The translations under genes and the position numbers were made by a program. Source: Oculina patagonica (taxonomy: Eukaryota). Taken from it: DNA of 64,000 nt. Location: NCBI RefSeq assembly GCF_052425735.1, contig NC_135761.1, positions 59,644,001-59,708,000 of the forward strand, read 5' to 3'. The notes beneath the pieces are model-generated. The model searched no databases. It saw nothing but the letters and a program-made list of their open reading frames with translations, and had not been told where the DNA came from. Numbering within the stretch: position 1 is the stretch's first letter; every line of letters starts with the position of its first letter. Shown here piece by piece: positions 1 to 12,600 of the stretch.

Positions 1-443
1 CGACTTAGTTAAATGTTTATGATATGCCATGCTGATGGCTGCGCCTACCCCTTCCATGGTAACTGGCTTGCGCATGCGTACAGGCGTTTTAGCCAAACAT
101 CGGAAAGGATTAGTATGACTATAGCCTCTTTCGGAACTGTTGTTTGGGCTCGTCAGGCAATGCTCCTTCCCCCGCCAGAAGGAGCGTTGCGTGACTTTCC
201 AAAAACAACGGCTGCAAAGATTAAATCTAGCATATATGATCAGAAGTTCGTGAACTTTGCGGTTGTGAGTCATCAGTTAGAATATTATTTTTGAGAGTGT
301 TGTTTCACCCTTACTTCTGATTTCTACAAACAGGATATAATCAAAATGTCAAGGATGCACAAATGCGAACATGAAAGACAAACTAATTTATTTTTCATGC
401 AGTATTTTATGTCACCAGAGGTTTCTGTTTCATTTAATTTCAG

Positions 444-1075
444 CTCGAGATTGTTCAGATTTATTTAAATCAGGTCAAACACAAAGTGGATTGTACTCTG
501 TCGACCCAGACGGAAGAGGATCCTTCTCTGTCTACTGTGACATGCGCACTGACGGTGGAGGTTGGACAGTGTTTCAAAGACGACAGGATGGTTCGGTAGA
601 CTTCTATCGGGGATGGAACGACTACAAAGCAGGCTTTGGTCAGCTGACTGCTGAGTTCTGGTTAGGAAACGATAAGATCCACAGGCTGACGGCCTCTAGA
701 CCCAGCTCTCTACGAGTGGAGTTGGAGGACTGGAGCGGAGGTAAAGCGTATGCCAAATATGGCACGTTTAACATCGGTGATGAGCAGGCGCTGTATCGAC
801 TTGAAGTGGGTTCATATTCAGGTACAGCGGGAGATTCGTTTATATATCATAATAACATGGCGTTTACTACTAAAGACAGAGATAATGACAGAGATAGTGG
901 TAGTAACTGTGCTGTACGTTTTACCGGAGCCTGGTGGTACAACAGTTGTCAGCACTCCAATCTTAACGGAAAATATCTGGGAGAAATTAATAATTGGAAA
1001 GGTGTCCGGTGGTACAACTTCAGAAGAGATCTTTCCCTCAAATTCGCTGAGATAAAACTGAGGCCATCATCGTAA
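444..1075 (+). CDS. Terminal exon of a fibrinogen-related domain (FReD; ficolin/tenascin/ryncolin-like) gene
   Basis: Canonical FBG motifs RDCSDL, VYCDMRTDGGGWTVFQRRQDGSVDFYRGW, FWLGNDKIH, FTTKDRDND, GAWWYNSC..SNLNG. Acceptor tttcag ends at 443. Upstream exons are not identified in the window. Confidence 0.93.
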
Positions 1076-1253
1076 AGAAAAATTACAAGTATCAAGTTTA
1101 GATGGTTTCAAGTCCCGTGTTATTCGAACAGTTTGAAAGGACAGTACGCTTTACAATTAGTTATGTAACGAAATCAGTGTTAATATAACATATACAAGTA
1201 ACTGGGATTCCGATCTTTTCTTCAATGCTTATCTCATCTGAAAGCATTAATAA

Positions 1254-1780
1254 TTGTTGTGTAAAAAAACGGTTTTTGTAAAAAAGCTGCTTTTTTACAT
1301 AAAAAAAGCAGCTTTCTTACAAATATATAATTGTAAAAAAGCAGCCTTTTTACAAGAATATATATTTGTAAAAAAGCCTTTTTTATGTAAAAAAGCAGCT
1401 TTTTTACAGTTATATAATTGTAAAAAAGCTGCTTTTTTACAGGAATATATATTTGTAAAAAAGCTGCTTTTTTATGTAAAAAAGCAGCTTTTTACAGTTT
1501 TATAATTGTAAAAAAGCAGATTTTTTACAGGAATATATATTTGTAAAAAAACTGCTTTTTATGTAAAAAAGCAGCTTTTTTACAGTTATATAATTGTAAA
1601 AAAGCAGCTTTTTACAGGAATATATATTTGTAAAAAAACTACTTTTTTATGTAAAAAAGCAGCTTTTTTACAAGAATATAATTGTAAAAAAGCTGCTTTT
1701 TTACCAAAATATATATTTGTAAAAAGCTGCTTTTTTACAAGAAATATCTTTGTAAAAAAGTTGCTTTTTTACAGAAAAAC
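1254..1780. repeat. Minisatellite of palindromic TGTAAAAAAGCWGCTTTTTTACA units
   Basis: More than 15 degenerate copies separated by short recurring AT linkers. Related units recur at ~2640-2720. Confidence 0.9.
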
Positions 1781-3186
1781 GGACAAGATGCTGCATAGAG
1801 TACCTTTAGAGAATTTGAGTTGAGAATTAGGGTATGCCAAAACCCATATACCAAAGCGCAACTGTCTTAAAGCCTCAGTCGAACACTGAGTCACAACGTT
1901 AATATTATGCGAAACGTGTAGCATTTCTAGATCTGTTTAGTTGCCTTGTTGCTACACTTTTTGAAGTGTTCGTGATAATGAAGCGATCTTGCATGCCCGG
2001 TACATCAAGCCTGTTTCATTTCGATCAAGATATTGATTTTCGTTTGCTAAAAAAACGAGGGACTGAAACAGGCTAATATGTTTCGACATGTGAATGTTTA
2101 CGCAAGGGTCATGCAGAGGTCACGAAAACTAAATCATTTGGTGAAATCAGGATATTCACTTTTTAAAATTAGCTCTATTTAAAATACATTCATACGAATC
2201 TCGTGCTTCGGTGATGCGAAAATTAAGAACGGAAGCGGTTTATTATTTGAGGCCAGCTGCTTCATCAAAACTAAACAGTCATCATTCCGGCGGCCTTCGA
2301 TCGGCGAGTTGAAATTTAAATCTGTTTGAAACAACAAACGTCTGCTTTTAGGCTAAGAGTTAGAATATAATACGAAGAACTTGCTCCAGTGTTTATCGAT
2401 TTAAATTTATTTCAAACAAACGAAAACACCTAACCGTTTTAATTAGTCTTTGCTGAGCTACATGTATAGCAGACAGACCTTTTTCTTGCAAACCTAATTT
2501 TGTAAAGAAACCGGCCATAAACATGTTCACACATTAAAATACAGAATGACACTGCCAAATAATTCAAGCCTTTTAAGCGTACAGAAAGATTCAGAACACT
2601 TGCTTTAATTGAAAGAAAGCTATAGCCTTCGAATCATTTTTTTTTTACAAATATATAAGTGTAAAAATGCAGCTTTTTTTACAAAATATATAATTGTAAG
2701 AAAACCGCTTTTTTACAATGCCGTTTTAGTAAAGATAAAATGTTTTTATTGATAGATGGATCTTACAGATAGAGACAAAACATGAAAATGACAGTTATAT
2801 GTAGAAAATAAAAAATATATTGGTTAGTCAATGTAAGAAATAAAAACTTAAATATATAAGCTTTGTATGGGAAAACGGTCTGTTCGAGAAACAATTCTAG
2901 GGATAAATTAATTGTATTAGCGAACAGATCGGATCATTCAGTAAGGAATTTTATTTTTTTTAAAAAAAGTCCGATCTATTGATAATTACAATAACAAATT
3001 GTACGATTACAATTTATTTTCTCGAAATTAAGGTTAATTTTACTTTAATTTGAATATACAATGCTACCGTAAATACGATCTTCTGAGACGCCTTCGGAAT
3101 CCAGCATTTTTTCATTTTTACACGAGATACGTGCCGGATGTCCTTTTGGCATTGATTCGCTCACCTTGGCTTTGAAGATGAGGTTT

Positions 3187-3710
3187 CTATTGAAAAGAAG
3201 TACCAAGGAGTACCGTAGTAGTGGAGTGCCCCTTCCGATAACCTGAGATGTTATCCTTAAAGATTGTACGAGTTTCGATGAACTCTACAACCTGGCGGTG
3301 TACCAGCTTCTCATACACTTTTGACAGGACCGGAAGTATAGATATTGGGCGCACGTCTGCATTTTCAATGGGGTGGCTGACTTTCGGAATATTAATTGGA
3401 GTTATTCTGGCTACCTTCCATGCTTCTGGAAATGATAGATTTTTTACGAAGGAGTTTATGATGTATGTAAGCGGGCCAGCAATGAGGTCAGCAACAAGTT
3501 TCAGGTATTTGGCTGGTAGCTGGTCAGGCCCCGTGGAGGTATCGGATCTTATTGCCTTTCTCTCTTTTTCCACTTCGGCAACGGTCACTGTACGCAGTTG
3601 GAATGAATCGATCGTTGGCTGTAAGGAATGGACGTAGTTGATCAAGTCTTCCTTGACGTCTACTTCAGAGTTTCCAGTGGTGCGCTCAGCGGTATTGGCG
3701 AAGAAATTAG
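3187..3710 (-). mobile_element. Non-LTR retrotransposon (CR1/L2-like LINE) reverse-transcriptase fragment
   Basis: GPDQLPAKYLK, FPEAWKVARITP, RPISILPVLSKVYEKLV, GYRKGHSTTT motifs from the N-terminal RT region; truncated. Confidence 0.88.
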
Positions 3711-4459
3711 TCTGTCGAGAGCGAAACGATAAAAAGCGCAGGTGGAAAACCTCCCACGGCCATTTTTACGCTCGGGGTTTTTTCCGCTTTAGGTTCCAAG
3801 GGCAAAGAAAAGGACTGCTCGTAGACAAGCAAATAATAAAGTAGGAAATGTAGGAAATGTAGGAAGGAAACAGAATTTTCTACAATGAGGGAAATTATCT
3901 ATGCAGTGAGAATAGCACATAAACAGTTATACATGAACAACTTATAAAGAATGACTAATAAAAGAATCAAGCAATTCTGGTCAGTTTATTTATGCTCCAA
4001 CAATGCTATTTTTCCGGTTTTATCTTGGAAAAAGCACCCAAGAAATAAAAATATTTATATATACATAATGTAATTCTTCATAAGAAACCTCAGAATTCTC
4101 CTTCTAAGGCAACTAAAACACGTTCTATTTATTCCAGCTACTAACCATAAACACGATTGAACACCAGATTTTTTATTGGTGACAAAAATCGATAAATATA
4201 AACGCTGAACAATCATCTTCAATAAATAATTTGTTTTCTTTGAAAAAATAAACTCTGCAATTGCGGTCTTTAAGCCACGCTCTAAGTACAAGTATATAAC
4301 ACCTGTTGTCGCCTGGGAAATACAAATTGCGAATATCAGCAGTAAAAAGTGATTTGATCACTGCAAGGTAACCTTTCGTTATGAACAAAATTTACAATAT
4401 TCGGACACGAGAATTCCAATGATAAAGCAAACGGCGTGACCAGGGTAAAAAAGCTGATC

Positions 4460-4491
<32 letters not shown>

Positions 4492-4506
4492 GAGAATTTT
4501 CAGTGT

Positions 4507-4811
4507 TTAGTTAGTCCTTTGCTCTGCTAAGCAGATGGCGATTCTTCTGCAGATTTCTGTGTCGATATGTTCTGGGAACAATAGCGTTTCGTTTTCCGTT
4601 GAACTGACTGCTTTGTATATTTGCGCTTTTTTCCTGAATATTGATTTCTTTCTGCCCGTTTTTCGCTTGAGTCCGTGCATGAAGTAATCCAGCTGGCCAA
4701 TGTCAACATCCACAAACAGAATCTGCGGTTTTGTGAACTAAAAAATAAAAAATAAAATAAAACAGTTTCACACATTGAGGAACTTTCAAAGCCAGAGTGG
4801 GATTTGCCACC

Positions 4812-4858
<47 letters not shown>

Positions 4859-6649
4859 CCTTTTAAAATAAATTGAGAGTGATATTCCCCGAGGCTGAGA
4901 AGAGAACGAAGGAGACACCTGAAACAGCTTTAGAGAAAATGACCTTAAAAGTCGGCACACACAAGGGGACCAGTCGGGACTTATTGCAGCGACAAATCGC
5001 CGGGATAAGTCCCCTGTAGTGTTTACTGGAAGTGCCAAGTCACAGGGACCGACCACTTTGGTTTTTGATTGATTGATTTGTTTTTAAAATATGTGGTCGC
5101 AGGGAATAGTCAAACAAACAGCACACACGAGGGGACATGCAAAATTGCATGGGATTTAAGTCCCTGTGACTAGTCCCACAAATTCAAACCAGTTTGAATT
5201 CATGGGACTAAAGATGGGCAGTTCACACGAAGGGACTTGGTCCCCAATGAAGTGGCTAGTAATATGGTAAATCCACCTGTGTAGGACGCTAACCCATAAC
5301 AGAATTTGTCTTGTCAGTTTACTTCTAAGGGGCACTGTTAGAGTAAAAGCGCCTTCTCCAAAAATGCAATAACCATCAGGCAGCCTGTTCCTTCCACGAG
5401 ACACACACAAAGCCTCTCACACATGTACAAGCTACACTGCACTGCCGAGACGCAACACTGTTTTCAGTAAGGGAGGACTTCAACCCTTAATCCCCAGCAG
5501 TGCTGCATGGTTATGCTTCTTAGCAAAGATGCCCTGATCAAGAACCATATTCTCTAAAGTATTTAAACACAAATGTACACTACATGATAAGGAGAAATTT
5601 TGTGCTGAATTTGGCTGGAGAAAGGCTAATTTGTACCTGTTCAGAGATGTGTTCCTCATCAATCGACGTCCCTGATACATCCACCAAGAATGCACGTGTC
5701 TGTAAGGCACTCTCATCTAAATGCTTGGCAAGCACTGAAAGAACATCCTCCTGCAGAATAAAGAACACATTTTTAATGACAGTAGGTAATGGTAAAGTCG
5801 GCGTTTGAGCGTAGAGGCCCATCAGGCTGTTTCAGTGGCGTAGAGCGACTTAAGGGGTATTTCTACTACCCACTGGGTGGGATGCTAGTCCATCCTAGCT
5901 GCATTAGATTCAACGGTACCCATTTATACACTTAGATAGAGAGGGGCACTGTGAGAGATAAGTCTGTGGCCCAAGAACACAACACAATGACCCCGGCAAG
6001 GGCTTGAACCCGGACTGCTTGATAAAATCCAGAGTCCAGTGCACTAACCATTTGTTAGGCCACTGTGCCTCCCACAATACATTCAAGTAGTTTTTTTCAT
6101 GAGGCATCAAATAATTATGCTTTGTAGCATGGCTAAGCGACGTGCCAGTGAGTGAAAATTCACTTTGACCAGTTAAAGCCAACCAAGTGCTAGGCTTCTT
6201 TATAGACAACAAAGTTCTAATAACTTTTGTGACAGCAGTGTTACTCCAGAAAATACCCTGACTCCCCCCCCCCCCCATGTCACAGAAGGTTATTTTTGGT
6301 TGAACATTCCATGCCACTGGAATTTGAAATTCCAGTTTTAATTTGCTTCATACATGTACTTTCCTTTAAAAGTTGTGGCTTTTGATGAGACCCCCCAAAT
6401 GCTGTCAGAATTTTCAGTGACCCTGTGTGGAGTGGGTATACATGTACATCGCTGTATCTTCTTAAAACGCATTCTCATTGCCATGCCGCATGCCACAAAA
6501 TTACTACGTGTAGATCTACCTACATGAAGTACTTATTTCATTTGTAACGCCCCAGCAAGAGGACTGACCGAAGGACTGCAGCGATGAAGGAGAGAAGAGC
6601 ATGACGCTGACCACAGGAGAGCGAGTGCGGATGGACGAGGAGCGCACAA

Positions 6650-6683
<34 letters not shown>

Positions 6684-9600
6684 ATCAGTGAATACTTACA
6701 GCAGGTGCCTGTGGCTGTTGAATGAGTTCATGAAGTAAGACTTCCTTCATGGGGTATCTGTTTGTGTCTATTGACTCAAATGTTTTCTGGTCTGTCAAAC
6801 ACAAGAGCACAAACTATCAGCACAACCTGCATCATGGAACTGAGTTTCACAGCATACTCCCACCAAAATTGAAAATACCCTGAGATTGTTATCATGAGTT
6901 TATTACTACCATAATCTTACTTACTGTTCTTAGAGCTTTAATTTAATTTAAATATGATAACAGGACACACAACTGTTAATTCCAGTGGTGATAAGTGTTA
7001 TTAATTATCTTGTTGTAACATACAGTAATTGAGCTTCATAAGATCTTAATAAAAAGAAAAAAAAAATATTTTAAGAACTGTAATTACATATACAGTACAC
7101 TGTACACTGTATGTTACAGGACTGGTCAAATTTAAATTCAGGTAAAAAAAAATAACCCAGCTTTTTTCCAACCTAGGTAAAATTTAGCATGGTTCGTACA
7201 TCTTCAGGCAAACAAACTTCAAGGACTTTTTCGGAAGAACAAAAAGTTGTTTGCAAGGACTGAGCGAGCTACATGTCTATGCACTATCAGCCATGTTGCC
7301 CCTTCTAACAAAACTGCATGGCAAAGAACACCACATCAGAGGCCTGGTGCAAGCCCTGGTGCATGAAATTGGGCAAAGATCTACATAATGCTTCATGTAG
7401 GCGTTCAAGTTTAAGAACAACATTTTCACAAGTTATTTTCGTATTTTAGAAGTTGTTCCTGACCAAACTTTCCTTACCAAAATAACTTAATTTATCAAAA
7501 AAGTAATAGGGCATGCAAAAAGCCCTAAATTTCAAGGACTTTTCAAGACCTAAGGAGGAAATTCAAGTCCTTTTCAAGGACTTAACCAAATTCAAGGCCT
7601 TTTTAAGACGACTGCTAAAATTCAAGACTGTACAAGATTGTACAAATCATGATATAGGGTTACTATTAGGATTAGGGTTTGCATTGGAGTCTTTTTCTTT
7701 TTAAAAAAAAATAGTGATTCAACCAATGTTTCTTCCATGTATCTGGAGGTCGAGCATTCAAATCCTAGAAGTGCAGGTCAGTGAAATGATAAAAAAAAAC
7801 TGGTTAAAACAAATAACCTAGGTTACAAGGTAACCTACAATGGAGGTCAACAATACTTGGGACACTTGTGAAGGAGCATTGAATAGCAAAAGAGATATTA
7901 CTCCAAGGATTGAAACTGTGGATTCTATGTGCTCCCAAGTCCCCAATTCCCCTCTCCAAAGCCCCCCTCCCCTGGTCCAAGCAATGTTGACAAACAAATA
8001 TGCCATGATATTGATGTGTGGGGTGGGCAATTTTCAACAATGCTTGGGGGGAGGGGGGAGGGGGGCTAACAGTCATTTAGCCCACAATTTGCTAAGTGTC
8101 CCAACATTTTTTGTTCTGCATTGTAGGTTGAAAAAATGAGCTCATTTTGACCTGTAACACATACAGTACATGGCAATTATGAATAAAAAGTCACATTGTG
8201 AGCTTGAAAATTACCAAATGAAAACAGAACCACTGTATTAATCACTTTATTTGCACTGAAATCCATTTCAGCAGCAAAGAAGTCCATCATGGCTTCCCAG
8301 ATGTGCTGCACTTGTGCTGCAGACGTGTCCACCCTGACTATTCTGTCTTCTACACCAAAATAGTGTAAGAAGTCGCTCACTGACTTCTCATAAAGCGCAA
8401 AGCGTCGCTTTGTTCTACTTGTATCCATTTCATCACCCTGGTCAGAAGATGCATCCTTGGGATCTTTGCTCGGCGGCTTGGCACAAGCAGGAGAGTGGCT
8501 GTTCTTAATGTTTTTGAGAAGAGTCTCTTTGGATAGTGTCAAATTTAATGCAAATGCACAAGGACACTGAAAGAATTTAAAACAACAACAAAAATTAATG
8601 TCAGACAAAACCTACAACACATTGCCAAACATACGTCTGCGTATGTGCGTATTTGCGTATAAGGTGCGTATACGATGGACGCTTATTTCTGGGGGGTACG
8701 TAGGTACATGTACATGAACAGTACAAATGGAACATTTTACCTTACATGTAAATATTATTACAGAAAATGNNNNNNNNNNNNNNNNNNNNNNNNNNNNNNN
8801 NNNNNNNNNNNNNNNNNNNNNNNNNNNNNNNNNNNNNNNNNNNNNNNNNNNNNNNNNNNNNNNNNNNNNNNNNNNNNNNNNNNNNNNNNNNNNNNNNNNN
8901 NNNNNNNNNNNNNNNNNNNNNNNNNNNNNNNNNNNNNNNNNNNNNNNNNNNNNNNNNNNNNNNNNNNNNNNTACTTTTTATACTTATATAAATTTTTTTT
9001 ATGTATGTATTTTGCAATTAACAACTACATTTCACGATTTTGACACGAGGTCCAATTTACTAATTTATCGTATCAATAACAAAATTCGAGGTAAGGAAGT
9101 CTTTGAAAACTTTTTTTGTGTAAAAATGCCAAAGATAAATTCTTAATTGGTTGTTCAAACAGTAGGAAAACAGCAAAAAGGGACCCATTTGAATGCATGT
9201 GATTGAGGCGCAAATAGCGTACTTGTCATAGGTGTCAATTTGAACAACTTCATTGGTCGTATTTTCCCCTTATGGGACAATAACGCATCAAAATCAAGAA
9301 TTTTGTTACAGATACGATTAATGGGGTAAAATTATAAAGGATTATGGTTGTGATTTCAGAATGTGGCCGTTGGCTGTACTGGGCGCTTTGTTGGGACAAA
9401 AAAGTGACCATTAATAACAAGGTGGCCATAAGGCAGGTTCCAGTGTAATTTGATAAAAATCCACCAAAATGAATAGCAAGTACAGTTGTCCTAGCACTCA
9501 TTTTCAGTAACAGTAGAACTGCAGTTTCACATTTTACCTTCCTTTCAAACTCTTCCATTTCTTTATCACATTTCTTGATGAAGCCATCCACTCTCATCAT

Positions 9601-12600
9601 AAACTTGAGATTTGGTATAAGATCCACTAATATTGGCTGATTTGGATACTTTTCAATCTCCTCTAGAAGAATCTCCATTACCCAGTCCAAAGTGAGATAT
9701 TCTGGGTTATCTTTCAACAGTTCAGCCAGACCATGTGTCCCCGAGACAGGTTCAGCTCCATACTCAGCCGCCTTTGTTGGAAGTTTCTGCAGGATCAGAT
9801 CTTCTGCTGATATAAATGCAAAGCCAAACATGGCTTTGAGGTCATTGACGATGCAACCTTTTGCGGATCCAGGACCTCCTAAAGATCACATATTTGAACA
9901 AGAATTGTTTGTTAGAATAAAGACAAGTAAAACTTTAATATGTAAAATGGTTGATTAAGGCTTGATGAAATAAAATTCCATTGAGTGCAGGTCTCAAAAT
10001 ATATTCACTCCCCCTCCCCCAATCAATTTTGTTTTTTCTTTAGTTGCAAACCCATTCTCCCACAAATTTCTTTTCCAAATAGCGTTTTTGGGGTCTACCT
10101 TTAGGCCCCAACTTCCTTTTTAGAATTATTTTAACTGACTTCTCATTGGGAGGGTTGTTAAAATTAAAATACTTAATTTTGGCCAAAAGAATATTATGTC
10201 ACTTGATGAACCACTGGTATTTTACCAAAAAAGGCAATTTACCTATAGGAGGGGCAGCCAACTTACCTAGTTATTGTTATTTATTATCGCGGGACTTAAT
10301 TTTCGCGATTTTTAAAAAATCACGAAATTAAAGACCTGCGAAAAAAGGTTCTCGCGAAAAATAACGACGCAAACTTTAATACCCCTTTATAAAATTTGTT
10401 ATAACTAATCAACGTTACGGTCAGTTAACTACACAATCATCTTGGTACAGTCGATAAACTCGTTCTACTTTGTTACAAAGGAACATGTCAAACTGTTTTA
10501 AGCTTTGTTTTGTTATATGGTTTTATTCAGTGTCATTGGAAACTATTACTGTGGAAAATTAAAATCACTTGTCTCAATTTTGACACTTAATGTTTGCTAA
10601 TGCAGATCAGTATTTAGACAATTTCCGCGAAATTTAGTTCCTTTTATTTTTATGAATTTTTTTGGCCAAATCGCGAAATTAAAGTTCCGCGAAATATGCC
10701 CGTTCCATTTTCGGGAAATTAAGTTCCTGCAAAAAATAAGTAACAATAAGGTAAATTAAAACAGCCTTATCGGATTATTTTATTCCTGGTCCAATATTTC
10801 ATAATTATCAACAGATACGCGCGCTGCCCATATATGGTCAAAATGTTAACGATATCGGTCATCCGTACATGTACATAACAGATATCCTGCGAAATTGGTA
10901 GGTTGCGAAGATTCGACCGAAATCTTGTAAGCGCTGCATAATTACAGTTTTTCTATGTCCAAAATGTGTTTCGTTGACAATTTGTAGCCTGCGTTGCAGA
11001 CGAACAAAACCTCGGTTACATGTATATGCATCTGCGAATTAGAGCACAAAAGCTTGTTCCGGCCCCCCGCGCGTTACCAGGGATTTCTATAATAACCTCT
11101 GATTGGCTCTTGAAAAGGGCTGTTCTTTCGAGCGCCGTTATTGGTCGGTTGATCTTGTGATACCATAGTTACGCATTCGATGAATACCAGATACCAGTTA
11201 CACCGAGGCGTTCTTGTCATATAATTTGTATATTTGCCGCTCTGTGAAATGGGTCATTCAATTTATTTCGCTTTTCACTTGTTTAGAAAGGGCACTTTAT
11301 GCTGTAGGCTGTATTATTTGGAGGCGTTTTAAATTGCGTAGAGCCATAAGACTGTCCATTTAATAGCAATTGTGTAGAGGCCATAGTCTGCACAGCTTTT
11401 TGTTTGTACATTTTGACTGTTTTGACACCTCTGTGTTAAATTTGTCATATGCAGTGATTAGGAAGGAAAACAGGCAAATGAGCCCATGGCCCCTGTCATT
11501 GGAAAGTTATGGGCCATTTATAAAACGTTTGGGCCATCAGGCTAAATGAATGGGCCAGGAAAAAAAATAAGCAAAGGTTACATAATGCTTTATTGCTTGT
11601 ATTTCACACTGGTTCAAGCAAAGTGAAATTGCAAAGTCGAAGATCTTATATAGCTAACTAGTGATACCTATCGGAGAAATGCCAACGAGTACAACGGGAC
11701 GCTTTATGATTTTGTCATTAATGCGCGTTTTCTGAAAATCTGAATGTTTAGAAAATGCGAATAAGGAACAGAAATACCGGTACTAATGTGAGAATGTACT
11801 TCATGAGGAGCAGCTGTTCCAGCCTGTTTCCGTGTTTTAGTCTTAGGTAAGTGGAGAGAACCCCGACAAGATGCCAAGCTCCCCACACTGCAGTGAACAA
11901 GCGAGAAATGAGTTGAGCGGAGAAGGCCCGACTCAAAATCAGTTTTGAGACCGCGGCCTCAAGGTAGGCCTCCCGACCCGGCGGCACCGGCGAGCAGTTG
12001 CACTCAGCACGAAGGTCCACCCCACCCCGAAGAGTGCGACGAGACACCGCGGCCAGAGCGGCCGGTCTCCAGAAGGCCTGACTCGTTGGCAATAAGAATT
12101 GCATATTAAGTACTGTAACTTACAGTATGAAATTATACAGGTTTAACGTTATTCCATCAAAAGCAACATTTCATTTCTAAAGATAAATTATAGATTCTGA
12201 ACTGGAACTGACATTTTCGTTACTCAGAACTAGAATGCTTGGAGGATACACTTTGATCGTGAGTCGTTTCACCAGACCTTCGTTTTCGTCATTGTTTACA
12301 GGATTACGATTCTGCTCAGTTGTGGCGGACTTGACGTTCGTGGTGAAAAATGTCGACAATTTTTTCTAAGAGCTGTCCAATTTTAGCACTTTTTTGGTAG
12401 GCATGTTGACTTTAAACAAATGAGGCTAATAAGAGATGTAAATAAATTTAAAGCAGCCTATTAGAATGACGAAATGGATGACAACACGAAAACACGGCCG
12501 GAAAGCACATGGAACTCTGAGCAAGAGCCTTGCTTGCAAGCAAAGTCCGGATTGAGGATCTGGGGACAAAAATAAAGCGACCGCGAAGCAAAGAGCGAAG

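Noticed and set aside
1254-1780. CRISPR-like array of palindromic repeats, and its 83-aa ORF
   Set aside because: Linkers are short and repeated rather than unique spacers, there are no cas genes, and the context is eukaryotic. The ORF is translated repeat.
4703-5056. Poly-glycine ORF
   Set aside because: Intronic poly-C tract translated on the minus strand.
8675-9146. ORFs spanning poly-X
   Set aside because: Artefacts of the N gap.
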